Source: PVC group bacterium (GTDB lineage: Bacteria; GCA-001730085; JADFSZ01). From it: a stretch of 6,932 nucleotides of DNA. Below, piece after piece: positions 5,867 to 6,932 of the stretch. Below the pieces are notes generated by a model. The model was not told the origin of the DNA. It made no database searches and saw only the letters and a program-made list of their open reading frames with translations. A program made the translations under genes and the position numbers. The first letter of the stretch is position 1; the number at the start of each line of letters is the position of its first letter. The stretch lies in NCBI GenBank assembly GCA_022560555.1, contig JADFSZ010000092.1, positions 1-6,932 of the forward strand. Direction: 5' to 3'.

Positions 5867-6932
5867 TTAATCGACAACACCTTCCCGTGTCGTCGAATTC
5901 TGCAGCTCCGGTGTAAGCACCGTCTCTTTTTCGTCATCAGGCCCGTTTTCATCATACGGGGCCTCGACAACCTTCCCTTCATAAATGATGATAACCGTTC
6001 TGTATTTAGCATGAATGTAACGCTTCTTCCATTTTTTACCATCTTTATAGTCGATAATAAAATAATCTTTTTCGCTTCGAGACTCTGTTCCTCTTGATAT
6101 TATCATTGTCTTGGAACCCGCGTCATATGACACCGTAACTTCGGATTCTGTTTCAAAAAGCGCAGCAAAAGACGTCTGTACATCTTCCAATGTATCTTCA
6201 TAGCTCGGGCTTGAGGCGTCACCAAGCAGGGCTATGACCTCAGGAATAAGTATCTCCGGTAATTCCGGAACAACAGGCGCGCTCCCCCCAAAATTCCAAT
6301 TCAGATTGCTTCCGCCGTCAAAACTACCCATGGAGGCATCTATAAGTAATCCTCCTGATGCGTCCGAGAAAGATACGCTGACATTATCGGCCGTCGCCAG
6401 TGCACCATTAATGATAAATATCCAGTCCGCTGTGGCATTCAACGCAAGCAAGTCCCCTACTTCACCGGTAAGAGCTAGATCTCCCCCTACTGTGATCGTT
6501 GTGCCGTTCATGGCATCGGCATCCGCTATCACTTGGCTGTCTGTCCCCATCGTAAAGTTTCCTGTGGTTTCGATGGTTTGACCATTAAAGTCTATTGTCC
6601 CGTTTTGGGCATCAAACAAGCCGCTCGTAAAACCACCCGTCAATTGTTTCGTGTCTCCAGGCGCGTTGATGATAAGATCTCCGAGAGTCTTGTTGGCAAA
6701 GCTGATCGTCTGCGTACCGTCAGATGCGTTGTTGCCAAGGGTCATTGTTGAATTCGTCACAGTCAACGTGTCAAGATTTTGAAAATCAACGTTCCCCGCA
6801 ACACTCATAATATCATTGGATATATCCAGTGTGACAGCATCAGCTGCATCCGCACCGATTGTAAAAGCACCGCTCAGCGTGAAATTATCCGTTGTTGTCA
6901 AAGAAAAAGTTTCGCCGCCACCGGCATCGGAT
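5867..6932 (-). CDS. C-terminal part of a large beta-helix-like repeat exoprotein or adhesin-like protein (5' end lies outside the window)
   Basis: The frame stays open from the window edge: SDAGGGETFS precedes the TTG that the track shows as 'M' at 6901. The true start is therefore upstream of the window. Residues up to about 6284 are Gly/Thr/Asp/Asn/Ala-rich, with short alternating beta-strand-like segments (TLSGAFTIGADAADAVTLDISNDIMSVAGNVDF, TIDFNGQTIETTGNFTMG, TTITVGGDLALTG). This region ends in GGSNLNWNFGG (6284..6316), a motif I recognise as closing beta-helix passenger-type modules. A compositionally different C-terminal region of about 138 aa follows. The TAA stop is at 5867..5869. 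Confidence 0.75.
   Translation of the reverse strand, partial: SDAGGGETFSLTTTDNFTLSGAFTIGADAADAVTLDISNDIMSVAGNVDFQNLDTLTVTNSTMTLGNNASDGTQTISFANKTLGDLIINAPGDTKQLTGGFTSGLFDAQNGTIDFNGQTIETTGNFTMGTDSQVIADADAMNGTTITVGGDLALTGEVGDLLALNATADWIFIINGALATADNVSVSFSDASGGLLIDASMGSFDGGSNLNWNFGGSAPVVPELPEILIPEVIALLGDASSPSYEDTLEDVQTSFAALFETESEVTVSYDAGSKTMIISRGTESRSEKDYFIIDYKDGKKWKKRYIHAKYRTVIIIYEGKVVEAPYDENGPDDEKETVLTPELQNSTTREGVVD

Noticed and set aside
403-6751. Many plus-strand ORFs of 60-115 aa appear in the track (for example 403..648, 841..1125, 2780..3121, 3173..3379, 3818..4087, 6234..6581, 6533..6751).
   Set aside because: All lie antisense to minus-strand genes with strong homology or domain signatures. 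Their translations are low-complexity or unrecognisable. They are shadow ORFs.
5867-6932. The exoprotein gene is visibly more GC-rich than its neighbours, which might suggest horizontal acquisition.
   Set aside because: The enrichment is explained by the Gly/Ala/Thr/Asp-rich amino-acid composition of the beta-helix repeats. The C-terminal module reverts to AT-rich usage. No flanking repeats, integrase or tRNA are present.
1-6932. I scanned the window for tRNA or rRNA genes, CRISPR repeats, IS or transposase signatures, and long direct or inverted nucleotide repeats.
   Set aside because: None were recognised by eye. The two larger intergenic spacers (205..384 and 3407..3597) lack tRNA-like T-loop or acceptor features and any periodic repeats. 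A computational repeat or tRNA scan would be needed to exclude them formally.

Overview
All supported genes in this AT-rich, bacterial-type window lie on the minus strand. In transcription order (high to low coordinates) they are: (1) the 3' part of a large Gly/Thr/Asp/Asn-rich beta-helix-like exoprotein gene, open to the window edge (5867..6932); (2) a small secreted FecR-domain protein (5304..5777); (3) a CHASE2-sensor / GGDEF diguanylate-cyclase-type membrane protein that starts at TTG 2 nt after the FecR stop (3598..5301); (4) a 191-nt spacer filled by one 60-codon ORF; (5) glyQ (2531..3406) and glyS (385..~2565), the two subunits of bacterial glycyl-tRNA synthetase, overlapping in an A-tract-rich junction; (6) a 180-nt spacer; (7) the 5' end of ppdK (1..204), which carries a polybasic N-terminal extension. 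I found no tRNA or rRNA gene, CRISPR array, transposase, or long nucleotide repeat by eye. The best candidate for an uncharacterised system is the exoprotein / FecR / CHASE2-GGDEF cassette. Its cyclase has Asn at the guanine-reading position (PleD D344 equivalent) and GGDEM instead of GGDEF. Secondary curiosities are a glyQ/glyS junction where one A fewer in a homopolymer would fuse the subunits, and similar Lys/Thr/Ser-rich, A-tract-encoded N-termini on ppdK and possibly glyS. Every homology call comes from recognising motifs in the supplied translations. No searches were run.
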